Below, in pieces: positions 35,320 to 45,643 of a stretch of DNA of 64,000 bases. A program made the translations under genes and the position numbers. The notes under the pieces are model-generated. The model saw only the letters and a program-made list of their open reading frames with translations. It was not told the origin of the DNA and did not search any database. Each line of letters starts with the position of its first letter. Position 1 is the stretch's first letter. The DNA comes from Methanocella sp. PtaU1.Bin125 (GTDB taxonomy: Archaea; Halobacteriota; Methanocellia; Methanocellales; Methanocellaceae): assembly GCA_002067315.1 (NCBI GenBank), contig MVRA01000187.1:577-64576 (forward strand), read 5' to 3'.

Positions 35320-35727
35320 ATGAGCATGGATATCAACGAGTTTTTCGACCGGGACCAGTTCGCAAAGCACTGCGGCATCGAGCTGCTGGAAATCACCCCG
35401 GGCGGGGCGAAGACGAAGATGGACGTCAGGGAACTGCACCTGAACGGCCTTCGTACCGTCCACGGCGGGGCGATTTTTACGCTTGCCGACTTCACCTTCG
35501 CCGCGGCGTGCAACTCGCACGGCACCGTGGCCGTCGCACTGAACGTGAACATTTCCTTCGTGAAGGCGACCGGGTCGGGTACGCTGTACGCCGAGGCACG
35601 GGAGGTCTCAGTCAGCCCGAAGATCGGGACGTACGAGATCAAGGTGACCAACGGCAGCGGCGACCTGATCGCCACGTTCCAGGGCCTGGCCTACCGGAAG
35701 AAAGAGAAACTGAGCGACCTCGCATAA
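35320..35727 (+). CDS. PaaI-family hotdog-fold thioesterase
   Basis: Motif NGLRTVHGGAIFTLADFTFAAA. About 135 aa from ATG 35320. Confidence 0.8.
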   Translation: MSMDINEFFDRDQFAKHCGIELLEITPGGAKTKMDVRELHLNGLRTVHGGAIFTLADFTFAAACNSHGTVAVALNVNISFVKATGSGTLYAEAREVSVSPKIGTYEIKVTNGSGDLIATFQGLAYRKKEKLSDLA

Positions 35728-35831
35728 TCGCCTAAAAGATAGCAGATAGCCCGGCAAGAATGCTCATCGTGCCCGGACTGTTATTGCCTGTCCGCGCGCG
35801 AGCGGATGCCGCCCGGCAACCGATAATTTTC

Positions 35832-36557
35832 TTAAAGCGACCAGACGCCTTTCCGTTTCAGGATCTCGATGCCGCCGGACGTGATGTCGAACGTATAGCT
35901 CTCGAGCGGGATGCTGGTGGAGCGCATCTTCGCCACCTCGAGGTGGCGCTCGCGCATGCTGGTGTACGGGTTCTCTTTGATGACCAGCCGGATCACGCCG
36001 TAGGCCGAGTAGGCGGCGACGCCCTCCGTGCGCTTGTTGGACGTGTCGTCCATGATGTATAAGGAGGTGTACGCCTGCTTGGCCAGCAGGAGGTTGAGCG
36101 TGTCGAGCTGCTTCCGGAACTCGTCCATGGACATGTTCAGGGTGAACACGCCCAGGTTATCGATCACCACGAGCTCCGCGTCCTTCGGGATTTTCTCGAC
36201 CAGGCTCACGATGTCCGACTGGAGGCTGTCGATCTTCTCGAAGCCCAGCGACATGGTCTGGATCGTCGTATAGGCCCGCTCTTCGTAGAGCTTGACGATC
36301 TTGAGCTGGCCGGAGTCGTAGAACTTACGCACGTCCTTGCCGATGCTCTCGGCCTGGTACAGGATGTCCTCGAGCTCTTCCTCGGTCGCGATGTAGACGC
36401 ATTTCTTGCCGTCCATGCAGCCGTTATAGATGAAGTGTATGGCGACGATCGTCTTGCCTGACCCGGCCGAGCCGGTGATCAGGACACTTTTACCCCGGGG
36501 ATAACCTCCGCCGATAAACCTGTCAAGCTCCTTGATACCCGTCGACACCCTTTCCAT
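35832..36557 (-). CDS. KaiC/RecA-superfamily ATPase (single KaiC-like domain)
   Basis: TGIKELDRFIGGGYPRG, Walker A GSAGSGKT, Walker B-like VVIDNL. Confidence 0.8.
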   Translation of the reverse strand: MERVSTGIKELDRFIGGGYPRGKSVLITGSAGSGKTIVAIHFIYNGCMDGKKCVYIATEEELEDILYQAESIGKDVRKFYDSGQLKIVKLYEERAYTTIQTMSLGFEKIDSLQSDIVSLVEKIPKDAELVVIDNLGVFTLNMSMDEFRKQLDTLNLLLAKQAYTSLYIMDDTSNKRTEGVAAYSAYGVIRLVIKENPYTSMRERHLEVAKMRSTSIPLESYTFDITSGGIEILKRKGVWSL

Positions 36558-36918
36558 AATCAGACCACTGCTTGTTTTTTAAATGGTTATCCTAACAAGC
36601 TATATTGATTCATGATATATAGCCATAATGGTGCTGCAGGACAAACATCGCCTATCCGTCATACGTTCGGCCAGCGTGCCGATGTGCGCGGATATTTTCT
36701 GTAATTACAATTGTATAAGGCCGGAAAAGGCTCCGCCGCCTCAATGGCCGCCGGTGGAAAATATTTAACCTTAAAAACAGTCAGTGTAATATGCCCGGGT
36801 TTATCATGGTTCGACCTATGTTCTTTTACCGTATCCGATGCCGGCTGCCATAGCAGCCGGATTGACATAATGTACGGTTAAGTATATATAGAAGTGCAAA
36901 CATTACTAAAACCCGTCT

Positions 36919-36930
36919 CATATATAATTG
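36919..36930 (+). promoter_or_regulatory. Putative TATA box of the grpE-dnaK-dnaJ operon
   Basis: CATATATAATTG lies about 30-40 nt upstream of the grpE ATG. A GGGGGTG Shine-Dalgarno-like motif sits 7 nt before the start. Confidence 0.3.
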
Positions 36931-36958
36931 CCCGATATACGCTTATGGGGGTGCACTA

Positions 36959-37531
36959 ATGGTCTCAGGCAAAGCACAGGCAGATGATGGCCAGGCTACG
37001 GGTACCGGAGTGATCGGCGAGCAGGCCGAAGAGGCACAGGCTACAGGCGGGCAGGCGCCGACGGCATCCGGCAGTGACAGCGAGATTGCCCGACTGACCG
37101 CGCTGGTCGAGGAATACCGGAACGAAAGCCTCCGGGCTCGTGCGGACTACGACAACCTCCGGAAACGGACGGAGCGGGAGAAGGCCGAGTTCAAGGCTTA
37201 CGCGAACGAGGGCCTGATCAAGGACCTGATCGACGTGTACGAGAACCTGGAGCGCGCGCTCGACGCGGCGAAAAAGCCCGACGTGCAGACCTCTCAGCTC
37301 ATCAGGGGGCTGGAGATGGTCTACGTCCAGATGAAAGTCGTCCTGGGGCAGTACGGGCTGAAGCCGATCGATTGCGTCGGCCAGAAGTTCGATCCCCGCA
37401 CCATGGAGGCCATGATGCAGGAAATATCGGATGATAAGGAAGAGGATACCGTACTGGAGGAGTTCCAGCGCGGCTACACGTTAAGCTCAAAAGTCATTCG
37501 CTGTTCAAAGGTGAAAGTATCCAAGAGGTGA
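36959..37531 (+). CDS. grpE: Nucleotide exchange factor GrpE
   Basis: [17 protein letters not shown] motif and a C-terminal beta domain. Lies upstream of dnaK. Confidence 0.9.
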   Translation: MVSGKAQADDGQATGTGVIGEQAEEAQATGGQAPTASGSDSEIARLTALVEEYRNESLRARADYDNLRKRTEREKAEFKAYANEGLIKDLIDVYENLERALDAAKKPDVQTSQLIRGLEMVYVQMKVVLGQYGLKPIDCVGQKFDPRTMEAMMQEISDDKEEDTVLEEFQRGYTLSSKVIRCSKVKVSKR

Positions 37532-37538
37532 TGAAAGC

Positions 37539-39413
37539 ATGTCTAAGATTCTCGGTATCGATTTAGGAACCAGCAACTCTGAAGCGGCTATCATGGAAGG
37601 CGGCAAGCCAGTCATTATCCCGAGCGCCGAAGGCGCCAGGCTTTTCCCGTCCTACGTGGCGTTCACGAAGACGGGCGAGCGGCTCATCGGCGAGGCCGCA
37701 CGGCGCCAGGCGGTCACGAACCCCGAGCGCACCATCCAGGCGATCAAGCGCAAGATGGGCACCGACTACAAGGTCGAGATCGACGGCAAGAAGTACACGC
37801 CGCAGGAGATCTCCGCCATGATCCTGCAGAAGATCAAGCAGGACGCGGAGGCATATCTCGGCGAGAAGATCACGAAGGCTGTCATCACGGTGCCGGCCTA
37901 CTTCAACGACAACCAGCGACAGGCGACCAAGGACGCGGGCACCATCGCGGGCCTCGAGGTCTTACGGGTCATCAACGAGCCCACGGCGGCGGCGCTGGCC
38001 TACGGCCTGGACAAGAAGGGCAGCCAGAAGATCCTGGTCTTCGACCTGGGCGGCGGCACGCTGGACGTCACCATCATGGAGATGGGCGACGGCGTGTTCG
38101 AGGTCCTGTCGACGTCGGGCGACACCCAGCTCGGCGGCACGGATATGGACAACCGGATCATCGACTTCATCGCCAACCAGTTCAAGAAAGACAATGGCAT
38201 CGACCTCCGGAACGACAAGATGGCGATGCAGCGGCTGCGGGACGCGGCCGAGAAGGCGAAGATCGAGCTGTCCAGCACCCTGCAGACGCAGATCAACCTC
38301 CCGTTCATTACGGCCGACGCCAACGGCCCCAAGCACCTCGACATGGTGCTCACCCGCGCGAAGCTTGAAGAGCTGGTCCGCGACGTGGTCGAGCGCTGCT
38401 ACCCGCCCATGCGGCAGGCCATCAGCGACGCCAAGCTGACCGCGGCCGCAGTCGACCGGATCATCCTGGTCGGCGGCCCGACGCGCATGCCGATCGTCAT
38501 CGAGATGATCAAAAAGTTCTTCGGCAAGGACCCGGAGCGGGGCATCGACCCGATGGAATGCGTCGCCATGGGCGCCGCCATCCAGGGCGGCGTGCTGGCC
38601 GGCGAGGTCAAGGACTTGCTATTGCTGGACGTCACCCCGCTGAGCCTGGGCATCGAGACCATGGGCAACGTGTTCACCCGGCTCATCGAGCGGAACACGA
38701 CCATCCCGACCCGGAAGAGCCAGGTGTTCTCCACCGCCGCGGACAACCAGACGTCGGTCGAGATCCACGTGCTGCAGGGCGAGCGGCCCATGGCCTACGA
38801 CAACACCACGCTGGGCCGGTTCCACCTGATCGGCATTCCCCCGGCGCCGCGGGGCATCCCGCAGATCGAGGTCACCTTCGACATCGACGCCAACGGCATC
38901 ATGAACGTCAAGGCCAAGGACCTGGGCACCGGCAAGGAGCAGCAGATCACGATCACGGCGTCGACCAAGCTGGACAAGAACGACATCGAGCGCATGGTCA
39001 AGGACGCGGAGAAGTTCGCCGCCGAGGACGCCGCGAAGAAGGAGAAGGCCGAGGTCATGAACCAGGCCGACACGCTGCTGTACTCGTCGGAGAAGACGCT
39101 GGCGGACGCGGGCGACAAGATCACCGCCGACCAGAAGGACCGCATCAGTAAGGACATGGAAGCCCTCAGGGAAGCCCAGAAGACTGGCGAGATCTCGAAG
39201 ATCAAGGCGGCCAATGAGACGCTCACGAAGACGATGAACGAGGTCGCGACGGTCCTCTACCAGCAGGCCCAGCAGCAGTACCAGGCCCAGCAGCAGGCCC
39301 AGCAGGCCGCCCAGCAGCAACAGCAGTCCGGTACCCAGGGCGGGCAGCAGGCGAGCGGTAAAGACCCGAACGTCGTGGACGCGGACTACGAAGTCGTCAA
39401 CGACAAGAAATAA
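37539..39413 (+). CDS. dnaK: Molecular chaperone DnaK (Hsp70)
   Basis: [26 protein letters not shown] motifs. 624 aa. Confidence 0.97.
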   Translation: MSKILGIDLGTSNSEAAIMEGGKPVIIPSAEGARLFPSYVAFTKTGERLIGEAARRQAVTNPERTIQAIKRKMGTDYKVEIDGKKYTPQEISAMILQKIKQDAEAYLGEKITKAVITVPAYFNDNQRQATKDAGTIAGLEVLRVINEPTAAALAYGLDKKGSQKILVFDLGGGTLDVTIMEMGDGVFEVLSTSGDTQLGGTDMDNRIIDFIANQFKKDNGIDLRNDKMAMQRLRDAAEKAKIELSSTLQTQINLPFITADANGPKHLDMVLTRAKLEELVRDVVERCYPPMRQAISDAKLTAAAVDRIILVGGPTRMPIVIEMIKKFFGKDPERGIDPMECVAMGAAIQGGVLAGEVKDLLLLDVTPLSLGIETMGNVFTRLIERNTTIPTRKSQVFSTAADNQTSVEIHVLQGERPMAYDNTTLGRFHLIGIPPAPRGIPQIEVTFDIDANGIMNVKAKDLGTGKEQQITITASTKLDKNDIERMVKDAEKFAAEDAAKKEKAEVMNQADTLLYSSEKTLADAGDKITADQKDRISKDMEALREAQKTGEISKIKAANETLTKTMNEVATVLYQQAQQQYQAQQQAQQAAQQQQQSGTQGGQQASGKDPNVVDADYEVVNDKK

Positions 39414-39440
39414 GTCGATTAAAAACGCGAGGGACTGGCA

Positions 39441-40571
39441 GTGGCGACTAACAAGAGAGACTACTACGAGGTGCTCGGCATCGAGAAGAGCGCCAGCGTA
39501 GACGACATCAAGAAGGCCTACCGCAAGCTGGCCCTCCAGTACCACCCGGACCGGAACAAGGCGGCGGACGCCGAGGAGAAGTTCAAAGAGATCTCCGAGG
39601 CGTACGCGATCCTGTCCGACGACCAGAAGCGGCAGAAGTACGACCAGTTCGGCCACGCCGGCATGGAAGGCTACTCGGCGTCGGACATCTACAACAACTT
39701 CGACATCTTCCGGGACATGGGCTTCGGCGACTACGACAACCTGTTCAACATGTTCTTCGGCCGGGGCGCCCGGGGCCAGAGCAACCGCGGGAACGACCTG
39801 CGGTACGACCTCGAGATCGACTTCAAGGATGCCGCGTTCGGCTGCGAGAAGGAGATCGTCGTCCCCCGCATGGAGACGTGCGACACCTGCCACGGTTCCG
39901 GGGCAAAGCCCGGCACGAAAGTGACGACCTGTCAGAACTGCAACGGGACCGGCCAGATCCGGCGGGCGACGCAGAGCCTGTTCGGCCAGATGGTCCAGGT
40001 CATGCCCTGTAACAAGTGCGGCGGCCGGGGCTCGACGTACGAGACCCCCTGCCCGACCTGCCGGGGCCAGACCAAGACGCGCAAGGTCCGCAAGGTGCTG
40101 GTCAAGGTGCCGCCCGGCGTGGACAACGGCCTGCAGCTCCGCATCCCGGGCGAGGGCGAATCGGGCCCCGCCGGAGGCACGGCGGGCGACCTGTACGTGT
40201 TCCTGCGGGTGAAGCCCCACCAGTTCTTCCAGCGCTACGGCGACGACGTGGCCGTCGTGATGCCGATCAGCTTCGGCCAGGCCGCGCTGGGCGACGAAGT
40301 GGAAGTCGAGACGCTCACGGGCAGGGCGAAACTGAAAATCCCGGCCGGCACGCAGACCGACACCACCTTCCGCCTCAAGGGCGAAGGCGTCCAGAGCCTC
40401 CGGTCAGGCCGGCGGGGCGACATGCACGTCAAGGTCGTCGTCCGTACCCCGCACAAGCTGTCGGACAAACAGAAAAAGCTCTTCGCCGAGCTCGTCGCCG
40501 AGGAGAAGGAAGAGCAGAAGAAGGGCAAGCCCCGGAATATTTTCGAGAAGATCGGCGAAGCGTTCAGGTGA
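39441..40571 (+). CDS. dnaJ: Co-chaperone DnaJ (Hsp40, type I)
   Basis: J domain with HPD (YHPDRN), a G/F region and four CxxCxGxG zinc motifs. Confidence 0.95.
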   Translation: MATNKRDYYEVLGIEKSASVDDIKKAYRKLALQYHPDRNKAADAEEKFKEISEAYAILSDDQKRQKYDQFGHAGMEGYSASDIYNNFDIFRDMGFGDYDNLFNMFFGRGARGQSNRGNDLRYDLEIDFKDAAFGCEKEIVVPRMETCDTCHGSGAKPGTKVTTCQNCNGTGQIRRATQSLFGQMVQVMPCNKCGGRGSTYETPCPTCRGQTKTRKVRKVLVKVPPGVDNGLQLRIPGEGESGPAGGTAGDLYVFLRVKPHQFFQRYGDDVAVVMPISFGQAALGDEVEVETLTGRAKLKIPAGTQTDTTFRLKGEGVQSLRSGRRGDMHVKVVVRTPHKLSDKQKKLFAELVAEEKEEQKKGKPRNIFEKIGEAFR

Positions 40572-40624
40572 CCGCGCCGCCCGGCGGGGGCGCGATCCCG
40601 GGAGCGCGACTTTTTATTTGTAAT

Positions 40625-41109
40625 TGTTCAGGTGTCTCTTCAACAGGTGGCCATGGCCAGCGCACGCGTATGCGAGCGGACGGCCGCCAGTCCATGAGAC
40701 TTGCTTAATGAATAGTTTTTCACGTGCAGGCAATGAAGATGGGCCCTGTTTCGGGGCCTGTCATATTGATCCTCGCGACGAACGCGACGTTTCTCGAAGA
40801 ACGATTAACTGGTTATCCTTTAACAGTCGTCGCGCCCGTCGAATTGCCTGCACGAGACTGCCGACGAATGCTCTGCTATGGCCAAGCGCAGTACGTATTC
40901 TCGCGACGGGCGCGACGAAACGCGACGGGCGCGACGTTTCTCGAAGAATGATATGACAATCTGTTATCCTTTAAATGTCGTCGCGCCCGTCGCGATTCGT
41001 CGTCGGACATCAGCAGATGTCCGCGTCGTCGCGAGAATGCAGTCCTGCGCTAAGCCTCCGCAAAGGCTATTCCGGAAGCCTGAACAGGACTTTCAAGGAC
41101 ACCTGAACA
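40625..41109. mobile_element. MITE-like non-autonomous element, copy 2
   Basis: TIRs TGTTCAGGTGTC ... GACACCTGAACA. Aligns throughout with 10041..10540 and includes the same two hairpin modules. Confidence 0.75.
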
Positions 41110-41121
41110 GTTACTTTTATT

Positions 41122-41535
41122 TTACCCTTCCCAGACGATGCACATGCCCGGCCGGGCCTGCGACCGGGCCCGGAACCCGAACTGCTCGTAGAACGGCGCG
41201 ACGCCGCGGGCCGCCATCAGGCTGATCATGGTCCCCTTCCGGGCATGCGCAGCGACGTACGCCATGATCGCGCCCATTATCTTGCTGCCGATCCCCTGTC
41301 TCTGCATATCCGGCCGCACGATGACGTCCACGATCAGGAAATGGCAGCCGCCGTCCCCGACCACCCGCCCGAACCCGATCAGCTGCCCGTCGGCGTAAGC
41401 ACAGACGGAGTAGAGCGAGCGCGCCAGCCCGACCCGGGCCGCCCGCTCGTCGATGGCGTCCCACCCCGCTCCGGCCCGGAACGCCAGGTAGTCGTCCAGG
41501 TCCGGGACCCGGTCAACCAGTGTACAATCGGTCAT
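41122..41535 (-). CDS. GNAT-family N-acetyltransferase
   Basis: ATG at 41535. Acetyl-CoA motif VRPDMQRQGIGSKIM. Confidence 0.8.
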   Translation of the reverse strand: MTDCTLVDRVPDLDDYLAFRAGAGWDAIDERAARVGLARSLYSVCAYADGQLIGFGRVVGDGGCHFLIVDVIVRPDMQRQGIGSKIMGAIMAYVAAHARKGTMISLMAARGVAPFYEQFGFRARSQARPGMCIVWEG

Positions 41536-41853
41536 AAGCAATCTATCCCGGACTGATCGCGGGCCGGGGAAATAAGTATTATGGTGGTTCGGCCGGGAGA
41601 CGAGGCCGTGGCTCGCCCGGCTCTGCCCGGCCATGCGCACGCGCGCGACCGGCCTGGAGGGGCCTTGATCATACGGCCCGCCAGGGTCCTTTTAATCCTG
41701 CAGCCCGCCGGGTTTCAATACGACCGCCAGGTCCGCCGTTGTATTCCCTGCCCTGAGAATCTTTCGCCCGGCCTTCGGTGATCTTGATAGAAGCTTAATA
41801 TACTCTCCTGATAATTCCTCTCTAACCAATCCATAGGCCTGCGCGGGCTCTCT

Positions 41854-44800
41854 ATGGGGGAGCGAAACATGAGAAAGACAATATTGAGTATGCTATCGGC
41901 ACTGCTGCTGGCCGGCGTAATGGCGACGATCGCCTTTACGGGCACGGCGCAGTCGCGCATCGTCGACGTTTCGGCGAGCAACTACTTTAGCGCTACCGCG
42001 ATGGACGACAACGGCAGCTTGTGGAAATGGGGCGGCGACTTCTATAGTCCGATTGTCTCGGTCGTGCCGGGGATGACTGGCGTGAAGGAGACCTCTGGAA
42101 AGCTCTTTTACACGCTGGCATTGAAGGATGATGGTACCGTATGGTACATGGACCAGTATCCCCGATCAGGCGTTCCCGGAGCGTTCGATACAATCGACGA
42201 GCCGGTGAAGATTGATGGCGTCAGCAACATCCGTGCTATATCCTGCGGTGCCGATCGGTGGCTGGCTCTGAAGGACGATGGCACGGTGTGGGCCTTTGAT
42301 GAGCCGACCATGACACTTGTGCCGTTCATGGGACTGAGCGACGTCCGGCAAATTTCGCAGAGCCAGGACCATTCGGTCATCGTTCGTAACGATGGCTCTG
42401 TCGTTTGCTTTGGCGATAACACGTATGGTCAGCTGGGTAACGGATTCCGGCAGACCGCTCAGGGAGCCGTCCCGGACCCGGATAGCCAGGCGCTGAACTT
42501 TATCGCCGCCGACCTGCACAATGTCACTATGGCGGCTGCAGGCTGGGAATTTACTGTCGCGCTTACCGATGACGGCACAGTCTGGACCTGGGGCCGGAGT
42601 TCAGAAGGCCGGCTGGGCGATGGTGCATCCCTGTACAGTACGCAGTGCCGCGCATATCCGCAGCGTGTCCCGGGACTGGAGCACATCGTTTCTATCGCGG
42701 CCGGCGGCTGGTCTGCATACGCGCTGCGGGACGATGGCACGGTGTGGGCCTGGGGCGATAACCGGTACTACGGCATGCTGGGCGATGGCACGTTCTCTTC
42801 TCGTAGCAGACCTGTTCAGGTAACCGGGCTCTCGGGCATCGTCAAGATTTCTGTCACCGACATGTACGCGCTGGCGCTTGACAAGTACGGCAACGTCTGG
42901 GCCTGGGGCCGGGACAGCAACGGCACGTTGAACGTTCATGGCAGTTACGATTTCGGCTTTTCGGCTATCCCGGTCTTGATTGGATTCAGCCATGCGCTGT
43001 CCGGTCCTGCGATCGAGCCCGGATGGATGGTACCGGAATATACGGCGACGATTGTCCCGGAAGAAGACCGGGCGGATGCCACACAAAATGATGATAGCAT
43101 ACGCTACCTGACGATATCGGAGGACAACCTCATCTATGCTTTTAAGGAGCACGAGCTCCTGGCGTACCTCCCGGATGGTTCGCTCAAGTGGAGCGTTACA
43201 ATCCCCGGCCGGTGGTTGTACGCCGATGAATGCCGCCGGCTGATCTCCATGGATGAAACCGGCTACGGTACCATGCTTGAGACTTCCTTGCCGATCTTCG
43301 ACACGGCCGATGGCTATGTCTATCTGTATACGCTGGTTGGTCTCCCGGATGACTGTCCGGTCACCGTAGATCGCTGGGACGGTACCGACCCGACACAGAT
43401 GACGGTCAGGACCGTTGAAAAGTCGCTCGTCGCGGTATCCCCCGACGGCCGGATCGCATGGACCTACAACCTGACGGAAAAAATTGGGGTGGAAGATCTG
43501 GCAAGCGTGACCGTGGCCGGCGACAGGATTTACTTCTATCACTGCTATAACGACACCGTTCTCGACCGATCGGGTAACCTGGTCTTCAGCCTCGACAACA
43601 TAGCGGCACCACCCGCGGTCGGCAGCGATGGGACCGTATACGCGTTCCAGGCACGGAAAATCAATTGCATGCCATTCGCCGTGTACGTCGACCCGATAAC
43701 GGGTGATCCCATCGACTGTCTGGTCCCCGGCAGCGTGCTGGAAGCTTTCGACGGCAATGGCAGGCTGATCTGGAGCAAGGACCTCGGCATCGCTGCTGTG
43801 CATCCTTACTATACGCCGGAGGCCAGGCGGCTTTACGGCAGCCTCCCCCTGTGCTCTGAAGACTGTCTTTACATACCGCTGGAAGACGGAGTCATGGCAA
43901 TGGATGGCGAGGCTAACGTACTCTGGTCGGTCCCGTTCGACGGCGATGTGATCAAGCCGCTTATGATGATGCCCATGGACACAGATGGCAACCTGTACTA
44001 CACTGACCACAACCCTTACGGGATCAAGCTGATGGTCGTAAGCCCCGACGGCAATATAACGATGACGAGCGAGTCCAATTACGTTAACGTTACTGCCGGG
44101 TATGATGGAGTGCTGTACGAGGTTGCCGCGACACCCGCATCAGGTTCCGGCGATGGCGATATGTGCACGGTCACCATCCGGGCCTTCGACGTGTTGCAGG
44201 GCAGCTACCGGTGGGAATACACGTTGCCTCTCGGGGAGAACCACACGGTGCTCGTCGACAGTGACAACGTGGCGCTGTACTTCCGGGACACGATGGCCTT
44301 CCGTCCGATCAGGCAGGGGTCCGGCTACGTCTGGGCCGACGTCATTCCTTCAGACCGCTTTGCGTACGTCAACTTCCGGACAGCGGTATACGATTCACCT
44401 GTCGTCATCAACGAGACGAATATTACGTACGCGAGCGCCATCATCGCCATCGACAGCCAGTCGGGCATTGTCGCACAGCAGCCGCTCGAAGCGTACACGA
44501 CGGCCGTCGCTGCCAACAACAGCACGATCGTTTATGCCACGCAGGGCGGCGACGGACCGGGCATCATCGTAGTGGCCGCAGCGGCTGCGGGCATCGGCCT
44601 CATAGCGGCTGCGGTCCTGTTCGCGAAGTTCTTCATGCTCGGGACAGTTGCTAGGGCCCGGTCCCGGCTGGAGGACAATAAAAACCGGGGCCGGGTGCTG
44701 GACTTCGTCGCCGCTAACCCCGGCGCCACGCTGAGCGAGATATCCCGGGACACGGGCATGAACATGGGCACCGTCCGGTACCACGTGTTCATCCTGGAGC

Positions 44801-45159
44801 TGAACCATAAAGTGAAGCCTTTCAGGGAGGGGAAGTTCATCCGGTACTTCCCCAACTCCAATTTTTACAGCCAGGAGGAACAGCTCGTCATCGCGATGAT
44901 GCGGCGCGAGCCGATCAGGGCGATCATCAATACGCTGACCTGGTCCCCCGGGCAGACGAACTCCGACCTGTCGAAGGTGCTGGGCCAGTCGGAAAGCGCT
45001 GTGAGCGAGCACATGAAAATCCTCTGCGACCGGGGCATTACGGTGAAGGAAAAAAGCGAGGACGGCCGCATTCATTTCTCGGTCAGCGGCGAGGTGCAGG
45101 CTACGTTAGGTCGCCTGCACGAGCGCCTCGATCAAAAGGGCATCAAGCCCGGCCTTTGA
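41854..45159 (+). CDS. Membrane-tethered multidomain protein: signal peptide, RCC1 repeats, beta-propeller-like region, TM helix, two C-terminal winged-helix (ArsR-like) domains
   Basis: RCC1 signatures (YGQLGNG, GRLGDG, GMLGDG, repeated DDGTVW). Repeated 'DG.i.W' strands further on. TM IIVVAAAAAGIGLIAAAVLFAKFF. HTH segments ATLSEISRDTGMNMGTVRYHV and NSDLSKVLGQSESAVSEHMKIL. Confidence 0.8.
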   Translation: MGERNMRKTILSMLSALLLAGVMATIAFTGTAQSRIVDVSASNYFSATAMDDNGSLWKWGGDFYSPIVSVVPGMTGVKETSGKLFYTLALKDDGTVWYMDQYPRSGVPGAFDTIDEPVKIDGVSNIRAISCGADRWLALKDDGTVWAFDEPTMTLVPFMGLSDVRQISQSQDHSVIVRNDGSVVCFGDNTYGQLGNGFRQTAQGAVPDPDSQALNFIAADLHNVTMAAAGWEFTVALTDDGTVWTWGRSSEGRLGDGASLYSTQCRAYPQRVPGLEHIVSIAAGGWSAYALRDDGTVWAWGDNRYYGMLGDGTFSSRSRPVQVTGLSGIVKISVTDMYALALDKYGNVWAWGRDSNGTLNVHGSYDFGFSAIPVLIGFSHALSGPAIEPGWMVPEYTATIVPEEDRADATQNDDSIRYLTISEDNLIYAFKEHELLAYLPDGSLKWSVTIPGRWLYADECRRLISMDETGYGTMLETSLPIFDTADGYVYLYTLVGLPDDCPVTVDRWDGTDPTQMTVRTVEKSLVAVSPDGRIAWTYNLTEKIGVEDLASVTVAGDRIYFYHCYNDTVLDRSGNLVFSLDNIAAPPAVGSDGTVYAFQARKINCMPFAVYVDPITGDPIDCLVPGSVLEAFDGNGRLIWSKDLGIAAVHPYYTPEARRLYGSLPLCSEDCLYIPLEDGVMAMDGEANVLWSVPFDGDVIKPLMMMPMDTDGNLYYTDHNPYGIKLMVVSPDGNITMTSESNYVNVTAGYDGVLYEVAATPASGSGDGDMCTVTIRAFDVLQGSYRWEYTLPLGENHTVLVDSDNVALYFRDTMAFRPIRQGSGYVWADVIPSDRFAYVNFRTAVYDSPVVINETNITYASAIIAIDSQSGIVAQQPLEAYTTAVAANNSTIVYATQGGDGPGIIVVAAAAAGIGLIAAAVLFAKFFMLGTVARARSRLEDNKNRGRVLDFVAANPGATLSEISRDTGMNMGTVRYHVFILELNHKVKPFREGKFIRYFPNSNFYSQEEQLVIAMMRREPIRAIINTLTWSPGQTNSDLSKVLGQSESAVSEHMKILCDRGITVKEKSEDGRIHFSVSGEVQATLGRLHERLDQKGIKPGL

Positions 45160-45263
45160 TGCTCATTATCGCTGGCAATGATATCCGCCTGCCCCGCAAT
45201 CCCGGAAAACATGTATATACGATTCCGGCCCTACGATTTATCATATAACGACGGAGCCATTTT

Positions 45264-45572
45264 ATGCCGACCAAGCAGGAAGTGCTTGAGCACACCACGG
45301 GCAACATCAACGCGATCATCGCCAAGATGCTGGCGGACGAGGAGCAGCTTGAAAAAGACGTGCGATACCTGGAGCACTACTCCGACGTGTTCCTGATCAT
45401 GATGAAGATGGACGAGGACACGCGGGAGAAGACCTCGGCTATGTGGAAGAAGGAAATCCACGACATCTACGAGCCGCTGATGGATTTGCGGCGGCGCGTA
45501 CTTATTGTAAAGGACCGGTTCTGGGTCTCGGGCGAGAAAGCCCACGATTATACTAAGGATAAAGCCGACTGA
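45264..45572 (+). CDS. Hypothetical protein (102 aa)
   Basis: ATG-initiated ORF with coding-like codon bias. No family recognised. Confidence 0.45.
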   Translation: MPTKQEVLEHTTGNINAIIAKMLADEEQLEKDVRYLEHYSDVFLIMMKMDEDTREKTSAMWKKEIHDIYEPLMDLRRRVLIVKDRFWVSGEKAHDYTKDKAD

Positions 45573-45643
45573 TAGTCGGAAACGAGTGATGCCCGACCAG
45601 GAACTTCACGCGCGCGCGAGCGGCTGCCGCCCGGCACGCCTTA

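Noticed and set aside
38619-40220. 533-aa ORF antisense to dnaK/dnaJ
   Set aside because: It spans two well-supported chaperone genes on the opposite strand, and its composition is a GC-rich antisense artefact.
42601-44010. 469-aa ORF antisense within the RCC1/propeller gene
   Set aside because: The sense strand has clear repeat signatures and a continuous 1101-aa frame. The antisense translation has no motifs.
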